Below are positions 52,301 to 63,422 of a DNA stretch of 64,000 nt, piece by piece; the first letter of the stretch is position 1; every line of letters starts with the position of its first letter. The DNA comes from Heptranchias perlo (lineage: Eukaryota): the NCBI RefSeq assembly GCF_035084215.1, contig NC_090349.1, positions 26,660,001 through 26,724,000 of the forward strand, written 5' to 3'. A program made the translations under genes and the position numbers. The notes beneath the pieces were generated by a model, which was not told where the DNA came from, made no database searches, and saw only the letters and a program-made list of their open reading frames with translations.

Positions 52301-55300
52301 ATCTCTTTCTTTGATGGACGGGAGGTAATGGAGTAGCCCCACCCCCCAATGCCATAACCCTCTGTTTGTCCAATCACCAGTTGCTACCATTCCCACAGGA
52401 CTGGCCCTCATCTTATCCTGTTGTGTTTCTCTCAAGGCTACTTTTAGCAACTTCTAGGTCTATTATCTTATACTCCTGTCTGGATCCCAGGCTGGTAACT
52501 CCACGACTCCATTGTCTCAGTTGGACAGATGGGTTCTTATCTCGTGGGCATGACTGAGTAACTTGTTAATGTAGCTATGGTTACAGCTTGTTTGCTATGC
52601 TGGCAATTTCATATTTTCATTAGTTTTATTAAGGGATTTTTAAGGGTTTTTGTAAAGCTTGATAGATTCTAACATGGTTGATTACTATATACTTGCTTAA
52701 TTTGTACCAAAGAGAGAAATGTTCTCCTATAAGGATAGCAAAAGGTACATATCGCAAATACATGTGGTACAATGAGTCAAGGTACATGTGTGATTACAGC
52801 AATACATTGGTTTCAATCATCAGATATATGTTTGATTAATACAAAAGGTGAATTACACAAACTACATATTCGATACAGATTCAACAGGTGATGGTATAAT
52901 CTTACAGAAGGATGTGGATTCATAATCCCATTCCAGAATGTGAACATATAATCTAGGCTGAGTCTTCAGAGTAGTGCAGAGGGAGTGCTACATTGTTGGA
53001 GGTGCATCTTTCAGATGCGATATTAAACCGAGGCCCTGCTTGCTTGTTCAGGTGGATATAAAAGATCCCATTGCATTATTCAAACAATAGTGAGTTATCT
53101 TGTCAAAAATTATCCCTCAACCAGTACCGCAAAAATAGATTAACTGATTCTTTATATCATTGCTGTTTATGTGACCTTGCTGTTCATTCATTGGCTGCTG
53201 TTTTTGTCTACGTAACAGTCACAACACTTCAAAAGTAATTAATTGGCTATGAAGCATTTTAGGATGATTGTAAACAATTTTACAACACCAAGTTATAGTC
53301 CAACAATTTTATTTGAAATTCACAAGCTTTCGGAGGCTTCCTCTCATTCACCTGAGGAAGGAGGAAGCCTCCAAAAGCTTGTGAATTTCAAATAAAATTG
53401 TTGGACTATAACTTGGTGTTGTAAAATTGTTTACAATTGTCAACCCCAGTCCATCCTAAAATGTGGAGATGCCAGAGAACGTGAAAAGTGCTATATAAAT
53501 GCAAGCTTTCTTTATATATTTTAATTTTGCCCAATTTTTATATATAAATTATTAGTTTGGAGTTTGTGAAAAAGCTGTAAAACAGCTGTAGTACAAGTAG
53601 TAACACTTGTGGAGTAGATTTCCATACCAAGCATCCAGTTATTGCTGAGGTGTGGTGTATAGTTGTAATGTTTAGTTACTGACCCAGCCTATCCCTTTCA
53701 AGACCATTGTTCAAGTACTCTTGTGGCGAAGTTGTCTAAATAGGTCCTGAGGTCAATTGGAAACTATTGTTTCTGTTGAAAGTTTGTTTGGATTGGCAGC
53801 TGCTTAGTTCCTCTCCTTGTTATCTCAACAACCTCTGCACACTATTGTATCTCAAAGTCAGAAAAAAACAGGAGATAACTGATTTTTTAAAAATAAGAAT
53901 TGTTCAGTTGATGATTTGTTGTTGTCTGATGCTATGCAATATCCAGAGTGTAACGGGTGCTCGCAAAACATTCGTGTAAACTAGTGAATTTCCTGTGGCA
54001 GTTCTCAGCTAGTGGAAGAAACGGTACATCTTTTAGCTGTATTTTTTGTAGCAAGTTGTGAGGTGATAATGCCACCTCTGGATCAGGTAAGCATAACAGA
54101 CATTACCCATTGGTGGAGGCTGACAAGAGTTAACACCTCAAGGATTTAAAGTCTATAATAGTCTTCCACTTTTACTGTTCATTTCATATTTTCTACCACC
54201 AATGTTTTATATCATTTTTGGTTTGGTTCACCTCAAGATGGACCAACACCACAGGACAGAAGACAAGTCAATTTTATTTTGTAGGTTGGTGACACTAAGC
54301 TACAGACAACAGCTTCCTTCTCATCCTTTATCCACCATTGTAAACAATTTTACAACACCAAGTTATAGTCCAGCAATTTTATTTTAAATTCACAAGCTTT
54401 CGGAGGCTACCTCCTTCCTCAGGTGAACGATGTGGAAATTATCCACCATGACAGAGAAACTGCTGGTGGTATGAACTTTCAGTCTAAGCTGACACTCCAT
54501 TGTAGCACTGAGGCAGTGAAGCACTATTGAAAGTGTGGTCCTTCAGATGAGGTGATTAAATACACCTGCCTGCTCTAGTGACTCAGGTTCATGATTAAAA
54601 ATCCCCATCTTTCAGCTGAGACGTTAAACCAAGGCCCTGTCTGCCTGCTCAGGTGGACTAAAAGAGCCCATGGCACTATTTCAAAGATGAGCTGTGGAGT
54701 TATCCCCGGTGTCCTGGAGACTATTTATCCCTCAACCAACATCACTAGAACAGATTATCTGGTCATTATCAAATTGCTGTTTGTGAGACCTTGCCGTGTG
54801 CAAATTGTCTGCCGCCTTTCCTACAATACAACAGAGACTACACTTCAAAAATACTTCATTGGCTGTAAAGAGGTAGTGAAAAGTGCTGTATAAATGTAAG
54901 TCTCTCTTTCATGGCACTATGCATAGAACAGAAGGCAGTTCTTCCAGTGTCTAGGTCAATGTTCTTCCTTCAGCTAATACCACTAAAAACAGATTAATTG
55001 GTCATGCATTCTTACTGCTGTTTGTGGCAGCTTGCTGTGCAGAAAATGGCTTCCACATTTGCTTATATAATAATCACTGCACTTCAGAAGTAATTCATTG
55101 GATGTGAAACACTTTTAGATATCACAGAGGGGTAAGGTGCTAGTGTGTGAGGTAAGTGAGTGAGAGAATGCACTCACAGGAGGAAATGTTCCTTCTGCAT
55201 GTTCACCACTATTTTACTTATTGTTAATGGACAAAGCAATCTGAACTGATCCAAATTGAACAGCATTTGCACATTTGTTGTGTATTAATTCAACATGGGC

Positions 55301-58300
55301 TAATTTGGGTACTACTGGTTTATTATGTACTCATTTCAATAACAATTTACAGACACACTAAAAGGGGTTACAGGGCCCTTTGATACTTAGAAGGTAAAAC
55401 CATTAACATATATATCTGTATTCCAGCATCCAGGCTTGAAAACAGGGCAGAAGCGATATCTATACAGTATTGCTAACATCTACAGCACAAATCACATGCA
55501 CAGGCTGATGCAGAGACAGTACTTAAGCATGTTGCAACATCGTACCCAGCTTGGTAAGTAGCAAACATTTCATAATTAGCAAACACTTCCTGATATAAAA
55601 ACTTAAAAAGATAATAAATGTCAAAGTTTGAACAAAATGATTTGAGGTAGCTTACATATTGGCCTTTACTGTCTCTAATGCATAGTGTACTGTTATCTGA
55701 CATTTGTGCAAGCAAACACAATTTGAGTTTGAAGAGAGTGCGAGAAACAAAAAACTAAAAGTTAGAGGAGGGAGTGGAAAGCAAGGAAGATTCCAATTTT
55801 AGTAAGAAGGGATGAAGACTGAGTAATATTTGAACATAATTTAAGAAAATCTTAGTTATGGAAGGATTGAGTTTGGTAGATGGAAAGTGAATTGTCTGTG
55901 ATAAATGTTCACCATTAAACTGCTACACAATGGGTGAATTGCACAACTATGCTCATAGTTTGAGCATGTCACTGAAGTGGAGCACTCCAACTTGGCTAAG
56001 GATAGGAAGACTGGAAGAATTATCATCTATAGTGAAGTAGCTAGGATAAGCCCTGAGTTTTGATCTTTCAATTGATGTAGAATAACATTGTAGCATGGAA
56101 GTGGAGCTAGGAGTACAACTTAATGTAATTTTAATAACTTGAATACCAAATTAGTTTGACCTTGTATTCTCATTTATCTATATCAGGATATATGACCCCA
56201 TGTGAATGTCAGAAGTACACCGATTATCTCTTAAAACAGTCTCAAATAAAAACCAAAACATGGGTGCAAAGCAGTAGCAGGTCATCAACATCTCAAAGCT
56301 CTGTAAAGCAGTCTCCAACATTACAGCCTGGAGGAACAATTTCCCTCCCCATGATAGGGGACCGCAGCCAGAGGTTTGTGTATTTTACAATTCATTTCCC
56401 TTCTCTATTGTCATTCCTCTTCTGTTGTGTAACATTCCTTGGATTTGGAACAACTAAGAACTAGTGGTTGAAATGTTTAGAGTAATTATTTTACATAGCA
56501 TTGGCCTGTTAGCCTAGAATATGATTTCTGAGCGTCCACTAGGTCGAAAGCGAGATCATTTCAGGTTTCAGCTTGCCTTTGATATTCTCTCTTCTCTGTC
56601 TTATACTCAGAAGTGTACCCGTACTGCCCAATATCCAGTTATATAATAGAGCCCAGACTTGTAAACTTAGGACCCTTATGTTCTGAACTAGAGACAGTAT
56701 CTTTCATACATGTCCTTGTATAGGTCTGTCAACCAAGCTATCTCCTCTCCCAAGAGCATATTCTCAGCAGACACCTCCTGCTGGGCTCATGTGAATAGAA
56801 ATATCCCCACCATAATTTGTGGTGCTTTGTTAAATCATCTGAGAAACGATAAATTGCTTAAAGTCCAAAGCCTATATGGACAACATTAAGGATAGTTGGC
56901 TCATTACATCAGTCCCCACGCCCATCCCCCATCTCAATGATTTTTTAAAACATTGTTTTAAAACACAACACAAACATAATTCATTCCCAAATCCTCTTCG
57001 TGCAGGAAAAAGTGATCAAATATCCCAATAAGAGTTTGTGAGAAATCAGTCAATGGTCCATATCCATCCCCTTTTAAACAAACAGTCTTACAAACTACTT
57101 AAACATAATGCGATGCTCAGTATAGCAATGGAAATACATTTTTTGTAAATATCATAACATTTTCTTATCACCTGAAGCTGTGGTGAACCGAATACAAGCA
57201 ATGAGTTAAACGCAAAGGTTCGTGTGCATTTGATTCTCAAACCTGTGGAGGCTTGAAATACATAGGTCCACATTTGCACTCAGGTCTGTCACTCCCCCTC
57301 CACCAGTATTACGAGTTGCCTCATTAAATCATTTAATTTTAACGTTTACAGGGAGCTGTGAAGATCCACAAGCAGTCCAAGATGCAAGAACTCTTTTTAT
57401 AGTTGAGCAAATATATCGCACAAGATGCAGGTGTTTAAAACTAGTCAATTCAATACTTGTTGGATTATTAACTTTACCACCAATAGAAGCAATGTACTTG
57501 TTAGGAATTCACAGCAACAGTAGTGAATTTTTGTTACACTTTAAATTTTGAAACAGCTTAATCATATTACCTTTCACTTACTGTAGCTTTTTGGATTGTA
57601 GAAATAGGAGTTATGCAACAAATGACAGAGTATATAATCTGAGCCATAAACTTGGCAAAATGTGAGATCTAGGTAAATAACCACTTAACAGACATTAGAA
57701 TCAGTCAACATCCAACTAGTAAAATCTTATAGAACCCAGAAGTACCGAAATAGTAGGGACCAAAATATTTAATCAGTGGGATTGGTTTTGGATTGCTGTA
57801 GCAAAAAGCCAGCACAGACACTATGGATTGAATGGCCTCCTCCTATGCTGTAAATTTCTATGGCTCTATGATGCTGTCTTCACAGTTCCTATTTTTAAAA
57901 GCAAGAATTGACTACATAATAGCCACTGTACATCAAAGTAATTCATTGTAATGGAAGCATAGACTTTTCAGGAAGATGTGATGAGGCGCTGTATAAATGC
58001 AAGTCTTTCTTTCAAAAGTAAGAAATTACATTTTTGTAATGCTACAGGTTGCATTCTGGAGCCCCAAACAAAATAAACTTTAAGAGCCCATGTCAATTCA
58101 GTTCAAACAAAGTGAACAAATCCAAAAAGGTAAGTAGTCATTTAAAAGAAAATGCTGTTTAAGCAAGAAAATGTATAAAATTGTCCAAAATGTCAACACT
58201 ATCTATCTTACTAGCACAAATCGATGCACTACACACTAGGTAAAAGGTGAGAATTCGCTCAAATCTGGTACCATCTGTCTTATATAAATCTCAAAATCAT

Positions 58301-59649
58301 TGCTTGTGTATAACGCAAACTCCACAAGATCCATATGTACATGGCAGAGATGATACTTGAATGCAGGATAAACTCTGTTCATTTGCTTTATGTTATAATT
58401 GCCATATAAAATGGCAGATCTCTTGTCTAAGTGGCTAACAGTACCAGTGTTAGTGCTTCTTGCACAGACCATGGGGTTGGCAAAATGCCCAGTCATCTTC
58501 CCTTAAAGCTATATTTGGGTATACAATTTTTCTTGTATAACACAATGAACCTCCTATATCAAAAAGTAGGTCTGAAAATATTTTAGCAAAGATTTAAAAT
58601 GTTGCTTTTATGTAATATTTCACTAAATAGTGAACATAATAAAGTTAGTCTGACTTGAATCCTCCCCTCCCAAGAACATTAAATTTAATTTGCAGAAATT
58701 CTATTCTTGTTAACATGTAGACCTGCCTTAACTGTTGGCTTCCCTTCCAGAATAAAATAGAAATAAAGCTGCCTACTGGCACTGCAAGTGGTGTACCAAT
58801 GCAATGGACCTCAAGTCCCAACATTGCAAGTTCTGTATCTCAGCAAGGAGTTTGGGATGGGGGAAAAGGGGAAAAAACAGGAATGCTGAGCAGAAGCAGG
58901 AGCAATTTTCTTGCATGAAGTAAGAGAAAATAAGTGCACCTGCCATCCCACACTACTCTAACCTAGCAAAATCTTCAGCTGGTAATGACATGTGGCTTGC
59001 AGGAGAACCACACTGTTACATTGAAGCAAGAGTCAGCATCTGGTAACTGGACTGGCTTATAGCAGGCATTTTCTTTAAGGTACTTACCTTCACATGTTTT
59101 GCCAAATTACTGCTTAGGACAGTTTTAATGTTAAGTTGGTTTCTTTGAGTTTGGGAGTTTAAGTGGGGAAGACTACACATTCCAATGTGAACTTTTTCCT
59201 GTTTCTTCTATTTGGACCTGTTTAGACTTTAAGGTCAGTAATCAAATTAATAGTTCTTTTACATCTAGCAAAGGTCAGTAAAATCTCAGCAAAAAGGTGG
59301 TGCAGTAATTTGAAGTCTATGCTATTTAACAGATTCAGCCTTCATGTTGCATATAGTCATGGCTTATATGCTAAGCACACCGTTTTGCTAAGTTCACTGA
59401 TCAAAAGGTTAGTTCTTACAATAAATTGTACATACATTTAGTTTTAATGTTACAACTTTAGTATACACAGCTTGAACACATAGTTTTGTTTTGCAAGAAT
59501 TTCAAAATTTAAATTATAGTGTGTCCTTAGAAATGATTACTATGGAGTCTATTCATGATGCAACAGAAGAGGATGAAGAACAACTGGTGGATTCTACAAG
59601 TTCCATATCAGAAGACAAAATCAGAACATGCTGGCCAGGAATCAAATGA
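32943..59649 (+). CDS. FAM216A: FAM216A-like protein (multi-exon; 3' exon structure partly uncertain)
   Basis: Exons 32943-33031, 36766-36806, 45617-45759, 55427-55553, 56187-56373 and 58048-58129 are phase-consistent. Core QLKTIHIPRSVESSPFLQ/HPGLKTGQKRYLYSIANIYSTNHMHRLMQRQY resembles the FAM216 motif. Syntenic position between GPN3 and VPS29. Confidence 0.85.
34531..34871 (-). mobile_element. Penelope-like terminal fragment
   Basis: 10-bp TSD AACAATGTGC (34521-34530, 34872-34881); hammerhead-like core with GAAA mutated to AAAA. Confidence 0.75.
35409..36050 (-). mobile_element. 5'-truncated copy of the 47601-50861 LINE family
   Basis: Near-identical 3' end and poly(A); ORF ends ...HHHLLKGN. 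Confidence 0.92.
36766..36806 (+). CDS. FAM216A: FAM216A exon 2 (41 bp)
   Basis: ttctttttag|GACATT...AACTG|gtaagg; bridges phase 2 to phase 1 exactly. Confidence 0.65.
38942..41490. mobile_element. MITE-like element (Harbinger-like TIRs) hosting a minisatellite
   Basis: TIRs GGCCTAGATTTT / AAAATTTAGGCC (11/12); no clean TSD. Confidence 0.6.
39355..41460. repeat. C-rich/G-rich minisatellite, unit ~21-26 bp (ACC)1-2ACGCTCTCCGA(C)7-13
   Basis: Direct reading; about 2.1 kb of tandem units. Confidence 0.97.
43126..43250 (-). mobile_element. Small inverted CR1 fragment
   Basis: Diverged reverse complement of ~44125-44245. Confidence 0.75.
43257..43298. repeat. (TA)n microsatellite
   Basis: Direct reading. 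Confidence 0.95.
43299..44830 (+). mobile_element. CR1/L3 LINE RT region plus 3' end
   Basis: ORFs 43761-44177 (GVPQGILGPLLF) and 44339-44605. Confidence 0.92.
44835..45375 (+). mobile_element. Second CR1/L3 RT fragment
   Basis: KFVDYTKLG-like RT motif through RRLR; degenerate. Confidence 0.82.
45617..45759 (+). CDS. FAM216A: FAM216A exon 3
   Basis: ctctag|CSLMEKIAEMKEQKAREYRVMLQQLSLSPQLKTIHIPRSVESSPFLQ|gtgtct. Confidence 0.85.
46243..46548 (-). mobile_element. Deu-domain SINE
   Basis: Reverse complement of the same family including tail. Confidence 0.8.
47601..50861 (-). mobile_element. Near full-length non-LTR retrotransposon (CR1/L2-group APE+RT, frameshifted) with tRNA-derived 5' head
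   Basis: APE motifs LTNIWG, LTESY and VGDFN; RT motifs [15 protein letters not shown] and FADD; poly(A) tail at 47601-47608; A box TAGCATAGTGG (50843-50853) and B box GAGTTCAAATCC (50779-50790). Confidence 0.92.
51747..52906 (-). mobile_element. Solo LTR, 1160 bp
   Basis: TG...CA termini (TGTAGGGT / ATCTTACA), 4-bp TSD GAAG (51743-51746 and 52907-52910), AATAAA on minus ~20 bp from its 3' end. Confidence 0.8.
53267..53455. mobile_element. Penelope-like terminal fragments in inverted (hairpin) arrangement
   Basis: 77-bp arms 53267-53343 and 53361-53437 with one mismatch. Confidence 0.8.
54339..54438 (-). mobile_element. Penelope-like element terminal fragment with minimal hammerhead motif
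   Basis: 11-bp TSD TTATCCACCAT (54328-54338, 54439-54449); same family as 34531 and 53267. Confidence 0.8.
54389..54427 (-). ncRNA. Minimal type I hammerhead ribozyme motif
   Basis: TTCAC-CTGAGGA-A-GGAGG(TAG)CCTCC-GAAA-GC-TT-GTGAA: intact core, stem I, stem II and palindromic AAGCTT stem III. Confidence 0.65.
54480..55140 (+). mobile_element. Two nested/adjacent Deu-domain SINE copies
   Basis: Repeated Deu core and tails; boundaries approximate. Confidence 0.7.
55427..55553 (+). CDS. FAM216A: FAM216A exon 4
   Basis: ttccag|HPGLKTGQKRYLYSIANIYSTNHMHRLMQRQYLSMLQHRTQL|gtaagt; conserved FAM216 core. Confidence 0.92.
56187..56373 (+). CDS. FAM216A: FAM216A exon 5
   Basis: tatcag|YMTPCECQKYTDYLLKQSQ...ISLPMIGDRSQ|gtttgt; in phase with exon 4. 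Confidence 0.75.
58048..58129 (+). CDS. FAM216A: FAM216A exon 6 (candidate)
   Basis: ctacag|G LHSGAPNKINFKSPCQFSSNKVNKSKK|gtaagt; in phase with exon 5. Confidence 0.6.
59531..59649 (+). CDS. FAM216A: FAM216A terminal exon (candidate)
   Basis: ccttag|AA MITMESIHDATEEDEEQLVDSTSSISEDKIRTCWPGIK*; acidic tail like FAM216A, but needs a phase-1 join. Confidence 0.5.
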
Positions 59650-60439
59650 GGGAAAAAACCAACAGAGTACAAAGAAGAAAGAAAATTGAATAATCAAGTT
59701 CCCAAAATATTACCTCAGAGCTCTGGAGCCTTATTTTAATGGAAATAGCTGTTATTTTACACATTAAATGTCAGAACAAAAAAGTTTGTAAAGTGGTTCA
59801 TTGGGAATATTTTCACAAGAAATCAGACCATATAAGCTTGACTGAACATAGGAGTAAAATATTGATCATGTTTCCAGTCACATTTTCTAAATATATGCTA
59901 ATCTAAATATATTGGTCAGAAAGAAGTGCTGCATGTAGACTTGGAACTACTTAAATACAATATACTAAAAATATAAGCTTTATAGAAATTCAGCAACATC
60001 CACTAAGTTTTAGAGCAGGTTGTCTAAGTTTGCAGAATTCAGTAGTTACTTTGTACAATTGACTTGCTGAGTCCAAACATTATTAAAATATTTTTAAGCC
60101 ACAGGGTTTCTATGCAACTGGCATTCTGATTCTATATTTGAAATGTACTACCACTTGTATAATTTAAGGTATTCTTTTTCACATTAAAAGTTAATTGATA
60201 TCACAGCACAGATAATCAATAAAAAGCAAGTTCAAATCCCAGTCTCTATTGGTATTTGCACTTTGTAATTCTCCCAGATGGAGAGTTCTTGATCTTAGGC
60301 AATTGTCTGGTGCAGCATTAAATACATTCAGAAACACATTCCTCACAGGAAGGGAAAGAAAATGAGCATTAGCAATCCTGGGTCACCATCTGGCTTCTCC
60401 TAGCAACATCAATAGGCCCAATTGGTGTGGTAGAAGCCG

Positions 60440-61440
60440 CAATAACAACCTGCAGTTATACAGCGCGTTTAACATAGTAAAACGACCCAAGATGCTTCAC
60501 AGGAGCGATTTTCAAACAAAATTTGACACCGAGCGACATAAGGAGATATTAGGACAGGTGACCAAAGCTTGGTCAAAGAGGTAGGTTTTAAGGAATGTCT
60601 TAAAAAGGAGAGAGAGGCAGAGAGGTTTAGGGAAGTAATTTTAGAGCTTGGGGCCTAGGCAGCTGAAGGCACAGCCGCCAACGGTGGAGTGATTAAAATC
60701 GGGGATGTGCAAGAGGCAAAAATCGAAGGAGCGCAGAGATCTTGGGAGGGTTGTAGGGCTGGAGGAGGTTAGAAAGGGAGGGAGAAGGCCATGGAGGAAT
60801 TTGAAAACAAGGATGAGAATTTTAAAATCAAGGTGTTCCCGGACCAGGAGCCAATGTAAGTCAGCAAGCACAGGGGTGATGGGTGACCGGCACTTGTGCG
60901 AGTTAGGATATGGGCAGCAGAGTTTTGGATGAGCTCAAGTTTATGGAGGGTGGAAGCTGGGAGGCCAGCCAGGAGAGTATTGGAATAGTCAAGTCTAGAG
61001 GTAACAAAGGCATGGATGAGGGCTTCAGCAGCAGAGGAACTGAGGCAGGGACAGAGATGCGCAATGTTAAGGAGGTGGAAGTAGGCAGTCTTGGCGATAG
61101 AGCGGATATATGGTCGGAAGCTCATCTCAGGGTCAAATAGGGCACCAAGGTTGCGAACGGTCTGGTTCAGCCTTAGACAGCGGCCAGGGAGAGAGATGGA
61201 GTCGGTGGCTAGGGAACGGAGTTTGCGGCTGGGACTAAAGACAATGATCTTCCCAATATTTAGTTAGAGGATATTTTTGCTCATCCAGTACTGGATGTCG
61301 GAAAAGCAGCGTGACAAATGAGAGTAAGCGGAGCAGTCGAGAGAAGTGGTGGTGAGGTAGAGCTGGGAGTAGTCAGTGTACATGTGGAATCTGATGTGTT
61401 TTTGGGTGATGTCGCCAAGGGGCAGCATGTAGATGAGAGT
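60440..61440 (-). mobile_element. L2 LINE 3' portion
   Basis: LIHAFVTSRLDYSN, LHWL and ILILVFK motifs typical of L2 ORF2 C-terminus; short-repeat tail near 60440. Confidence 0.9.
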
Positions 61441-62249
61441 GTGTTGGAGCAACAGAATCGGTATGTAGACTACCTTGGTAATTGGATTATTACAGGTGAA
61501 ATATTTTCTTTAGGGTACCTTTCTCAACTTTTTTTTGGCGAAATTACCACTTAAACTGATCTTTTCAGTTGGTTTCTTTAAATTTGGAAGTAAGCAAAAT
61601 AACCAATCTCTTGGAAAAAATGTTCCTATTTGGACCTGTTAATGAGTTAGGGTCATGGTCATCAAACTGATGCATCATTACATTAGTTTCAAGCAATTGT
61701 TCCAGAAGCACCATCAATGCTGCCATGGAAATGGTCATAGAACAAAAATAAATCAAGGGTGAGTAAAGGGCATTTGGCCCAGACAGCCTCTCTTTCTAGC
61801 GCCCCAACTGAAGCCTAGCATCTAACTACATTTTTAATACTCTACTTAATCACCTTACTAGGTAGATTATTTCAAATAATTTTTTTTTACTCAAAGGATG
61901 ATAATCAAGATCAATTTTAAATTTACTTTTCAATCAAAACCTCCTCTCGTCCTAACCCTGAACCCACTCCGCTCACTGTTTTCTCTACCATTTCGTTTCA
62001 TGCTGTCTCCGTGCTCATCTCATCCACAAGACCCACCTCCTGCTCCCTTAACCCCGTTCCCACTGAACTGACCAATCAACTTCCATTCATAGCCCCAACG
62101 CTAGCTGACCAATTTTCAGACCCTTCTAGTCAAACTGATGGAACAGTAAACATTAAATTTCAATGTCAATATTTTTCCACAAATTTCAAGATTGTTAGTT
62201 GGGGGAAAAAGTAAAAGATTTTTTCAAAAGCTGAAAGTGAATGAAGATG

Positions 62250-62550
62250 TATGATCCTCCAATGGTTCAGTGATTTTAACTAGTGAGCTGAGCTGTACAA
62301 ATCAGGAAGGACCCAGGTGTGATCCCTGGTCTCTGCTGAGGTGGGGCGGGCCTAAAAAAGTTAGCCATGGTTCCTGCTTTTGATCATTATCGAGCAGTAC
62401 AAGAGAGCAGGACTTGGCTCAGCCGTAATGCCTCCCGACACTCGCTGTAAAGGCTCACACATGAATAATGGCCATCAGGGCAAGGTACCAGAGGATGACC
62501 AGTGGCCATGGTACCACATCCTTGCAGAGTCAACACCTACAAGGGAGGGA
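62250..62550 (+). mobile_element. Ancient tRNA-derived SINE (AmnSINE2-like); related remnants near 630-900, 18985-19170, 19845-20140 and 47110-47510
   Basis: Shared GGAAGG.CCCAGGT...ATCCC.GGTC...GCTGAG head and GAGTCA.CACC...GGA tail; family name from memory. Confidence 0.5.
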
Positions 62551-63015
62551 AAACTGTCAAGAAAATAGAAGTGAAAACATGCACTTCAAATCCTTCATTC
62601 TAAGTCCTACTTGTCAATGCAGTAAAACCATTACTTTAAATCAAAGTCAACAATGGACGGGGAGACCAATATTGTCTATTATAATAGACAAGTTCCAGAG
62701 TGTTAAACCCTAAAAGTAACTTTCAACCTTGAACCTCTACCAAGGACCAGAGCAATTTAATTTAGATCAACAGGTTTAGTTAATTACACAGAACTATAAA
62801 TTAATCCATACTTGGATACAGATAATTAGAATCCAAGATATAGATTAGCCAAAAATAGTTAACAGGAAAATACAAACAGAACATAAACCAATTCATGAAG
62901 TACCTGTCACAAAAAGATTGAGACATGCACAAGTATCCAATTACATTTCAATTCATTCATTCTCTTCAGTAAAATAGAAAACACAATTACATAATGTTAA
63001 GCACTTGAAATAACA

Positions 63016-63021
63016 TTTATT
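63016..63021 (-). terminator. Candidate VPS29 polyadenylation signal
   Basis: AATAAA on minus ~400 nt downstream of the VPS29 stop. Confidence 0.45.
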
Positions 63022-63422
63022 ATTGAGTTTATGGGGAGGTAGACAAACATTTTACATGGAACAGTGGGGCTTCAAAGGCAGAAACAAAAACCTATGGCTG
63101 AGAATTTCATGCATATTAATTACATGATACACTACTGCATTACTGTAAGCAGTGAAAGGAAATATTTACAGGACTGAAAACTCTCAGTAATTCAAGAATG
63201 TGGCACTTTTTTCAGCAAGGATCTAAACTAACTTTACATCAGTGTGTGCAATAAAGTTCCTCTCATATTGCTGGAATAGTTAATGACTAGTACTAGTGGA
63301 AATAAAACTTACAATTCACGTATATAATACATTTAAAGACGTGTTAACTTGATCAAGGTTCAAAAGGAAAAGGACTCAAAAGGAAAAAGGAATGAAACTG
63401 TAAAAAAGCAGCCATGACAAAT

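Larger units (their letters stand above)
51700..53512 (+). mobile_element. Deu-domain SINE interrupted by a solo LTR and a Penelope hairpin
   Basis: A-box TGGCTCAGTGG near 51710; body resumes at 52907; tail resumes near 53470. Confidence 0.8.
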
